Shown: one piece after another, positions 62,616 through 64,000 of the stretch
Numbering within the stretch: position 1 is the first letter of the stretch
Layout: each line of letters begins with the position of its first letter
Origin: Eledone cirrhosa
Lineage: Eukaryota
Assembly: GCA_964016885.1 (NCBI GenBank)
Contig: OZ024743.1
Span: forward strand, 292,144,001 to 292,208,000
DNA: 64,000 nt
Reading direction: 5' to 3'
Program-made: the position numbers and the translations under genes
Notes under the pieces: generated by a model
What the model was told of the DNA's origin: nothing
Seen by the model: the letters and a program-made list of their open reading frames with translations, nothing else
Databases searched by the model: none

Positions 62616-63240
62616 GTATCCGAGTTTTTCGAATTCCATTCATTTGCAATTATGCTAACAAGCCTCAATTGTATACCCATGTCAGTAGAATGAACACTTC
62701 ATTCTTGCTCTTGTGTTGGCATGCGAACAGAACTGCAGACACTAATGTTTTTGGGTATCACCCTTATCAGTACAGCTCACTGTTCACCTGCCAAACAGTG
62801 AAAATATGTGCTATTTTCAAAAATACACAGTGACATATCGGCCTAATTTGTATATTAGCAGACTGGCTGATCAGTCAGATCTGCATTTTAACAGATCCAC
62901 TGATCAGCCAGATTTGCATATCAGCTACTGGCCAGTCAGTTTCCTGTATACAGAGCGATAAATGACCGGCTTTGCCAAATTCAAATAAAAGAGAAAATTT
63001 CGCTCTACAAGGCTGAATACAATAAATGTAATCTGAGTTTTTCGAATATTAATAACATTCGATTCATTTGCAATTATGCAAACAAGCCTCAATTTTATAG
63101 CCATGTCAGTAGAATGAACACTTTATTTTTGCTCTTGTGTTGGCATGAGAACAGAACTGCAGGTGAACAGTGAGCTGTACTGATGAAGCGTGATACCCAG
63201 AAACATTAGTGTCTGCAGTTCTGTTCGCATGCCAACACAC
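62612..63240 (-). mobile_element. retrozyme-like unit with terminal redundancy and inverted HHR arm
   Basis: Direct repeats at 62612-62739 and 63023-63162. 63159-63238 is the reverse complement of 62713-62791. HHR at 63172-63221: gagctgta-CTGATGA-agcgtgataccca-GAAAC-attagt-GTC-tgcagttc. Confidence 0.78.
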
Positions 63241-63821
63241 GTCTTCACGAACCAAACTATCGTTTCCCTGTTTTCCTTCGGTTGCAACGTTTTTCGAAAT
63301 ATTTACTTCTGCGTTTTATGTTTTCATAATGTCGTAATGCAGACAGCCATACATACAGATATATATTATAATGATGCGACGTTATAGCTTTGTATCTATC
63401 TAAAAAGACAGACTAAGAAAGAGAGAGAGATCGCTAACCGGCGCCTAATGCGGTCCCTAGTGCATTGAAAATTTGAAATAGCTTTTGCTCAAAACATTCA
63501 GAGGACCATAAGTATTACATGTGTAAAGTTTGAAAAAAGTCGGTTGGGTGGTTCTCGAGGTTTAGGGATACAGACAGACATTCTCAGTTTTAAATATATA
63601 GATTATATACTAAATTCATTTAACTTAAAAACGTCACAACAATAAAATATATATTTAATATATTTTAAAACTGTCATGATATCGGAAGAAACCGAGAGAC
63701 ATATGAAAGTGACTGTACATAGTAAACATTGCTAATGTCTGAACGCTACCATCCATACAACTATGCCAGCCTTAGTACACACCAGACAGACTAAAAAATA
63801 TGCACTAAAAATAGCAACAGT

Positions 63822-63953
63822 AAAAGATCATAGCAGTTAGTGCTTTCATATGCGTCTTAATATAATCCTTGCAACTGATGAGGCTCTTGAGCCTCATCAT
63901 TTTCAAGATTTATATTAAGACGCATATGAAAGTACTAACTGCTATGTTCTTTT
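63822..63953. repeat. 132-bp hairpin whose centre lies just after a CTGATGA box
   Basis: ...CTGATGAGGCTC-TT-GAGCCTCATCA... with ~60-bp mirrored arms. Confidence 0.7.
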
Positions 63954-64000
63954 GCAGTCAGCATTACGCACTGGACTATGAGCACCATCAAAACATAGAT

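Larger units (their letters stand above)
61286..63602 (-). mobile_element. non-autonomous Helitron carrying a nested 1.7-kb insertion cluster
   Basis: The minus strand starts A|TCTATATATTTAAAACTGAGAATGTCTGTCTG at 63602 and ends CCCGAGCAATGCCGGG-ccattctg-CTAG|T at 61286. A ~24-bp duplication GACGTTATAGCTWTGTATCTATCT at ~61626 and ~63378 brackets the insert. Confidence 0.75.

Overview
This is AT-rich, microsatellite-saturated animal DNA. The SINE types and (TA)n/(CA)n load suggest an octopod cephalopod, which is inference only. No host gene, rRNA, tRNA or CRISPR array is supported; the window is a nest of transposable elements. Recognisable elements: one apparently intact RTE-type LINE (50170-53406, APE+RT with a PHD-like Cys insert); two R4/Dong-type RT-REL LINEs in tandem in (TAA)n; a decayed Helitron with a SINE in its Rep motif; a non-autonomous Helitron; a CRE-like fragment; several tRNA-derived SINEs; and many Penelope-like element (PLE) remnants (RT + C-terminal GIY-YIG). 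The most striking pattern is about a dozen fold-back insertions from several sequence families, mostly in (TA)n. Each has two inverted copies of a hammerhead-ribozyme (HHR)-bearing 3' end pointing outward, around cargo ranging from a PLE RT-EN remnant to almost nothing. Some are 1.3-1.5-mer terminally redundant HHR units resembling retrozymes, and several HHRs have non-canonical cores. Everything was read by eye, so boundaries are approximate and identities are estimates.
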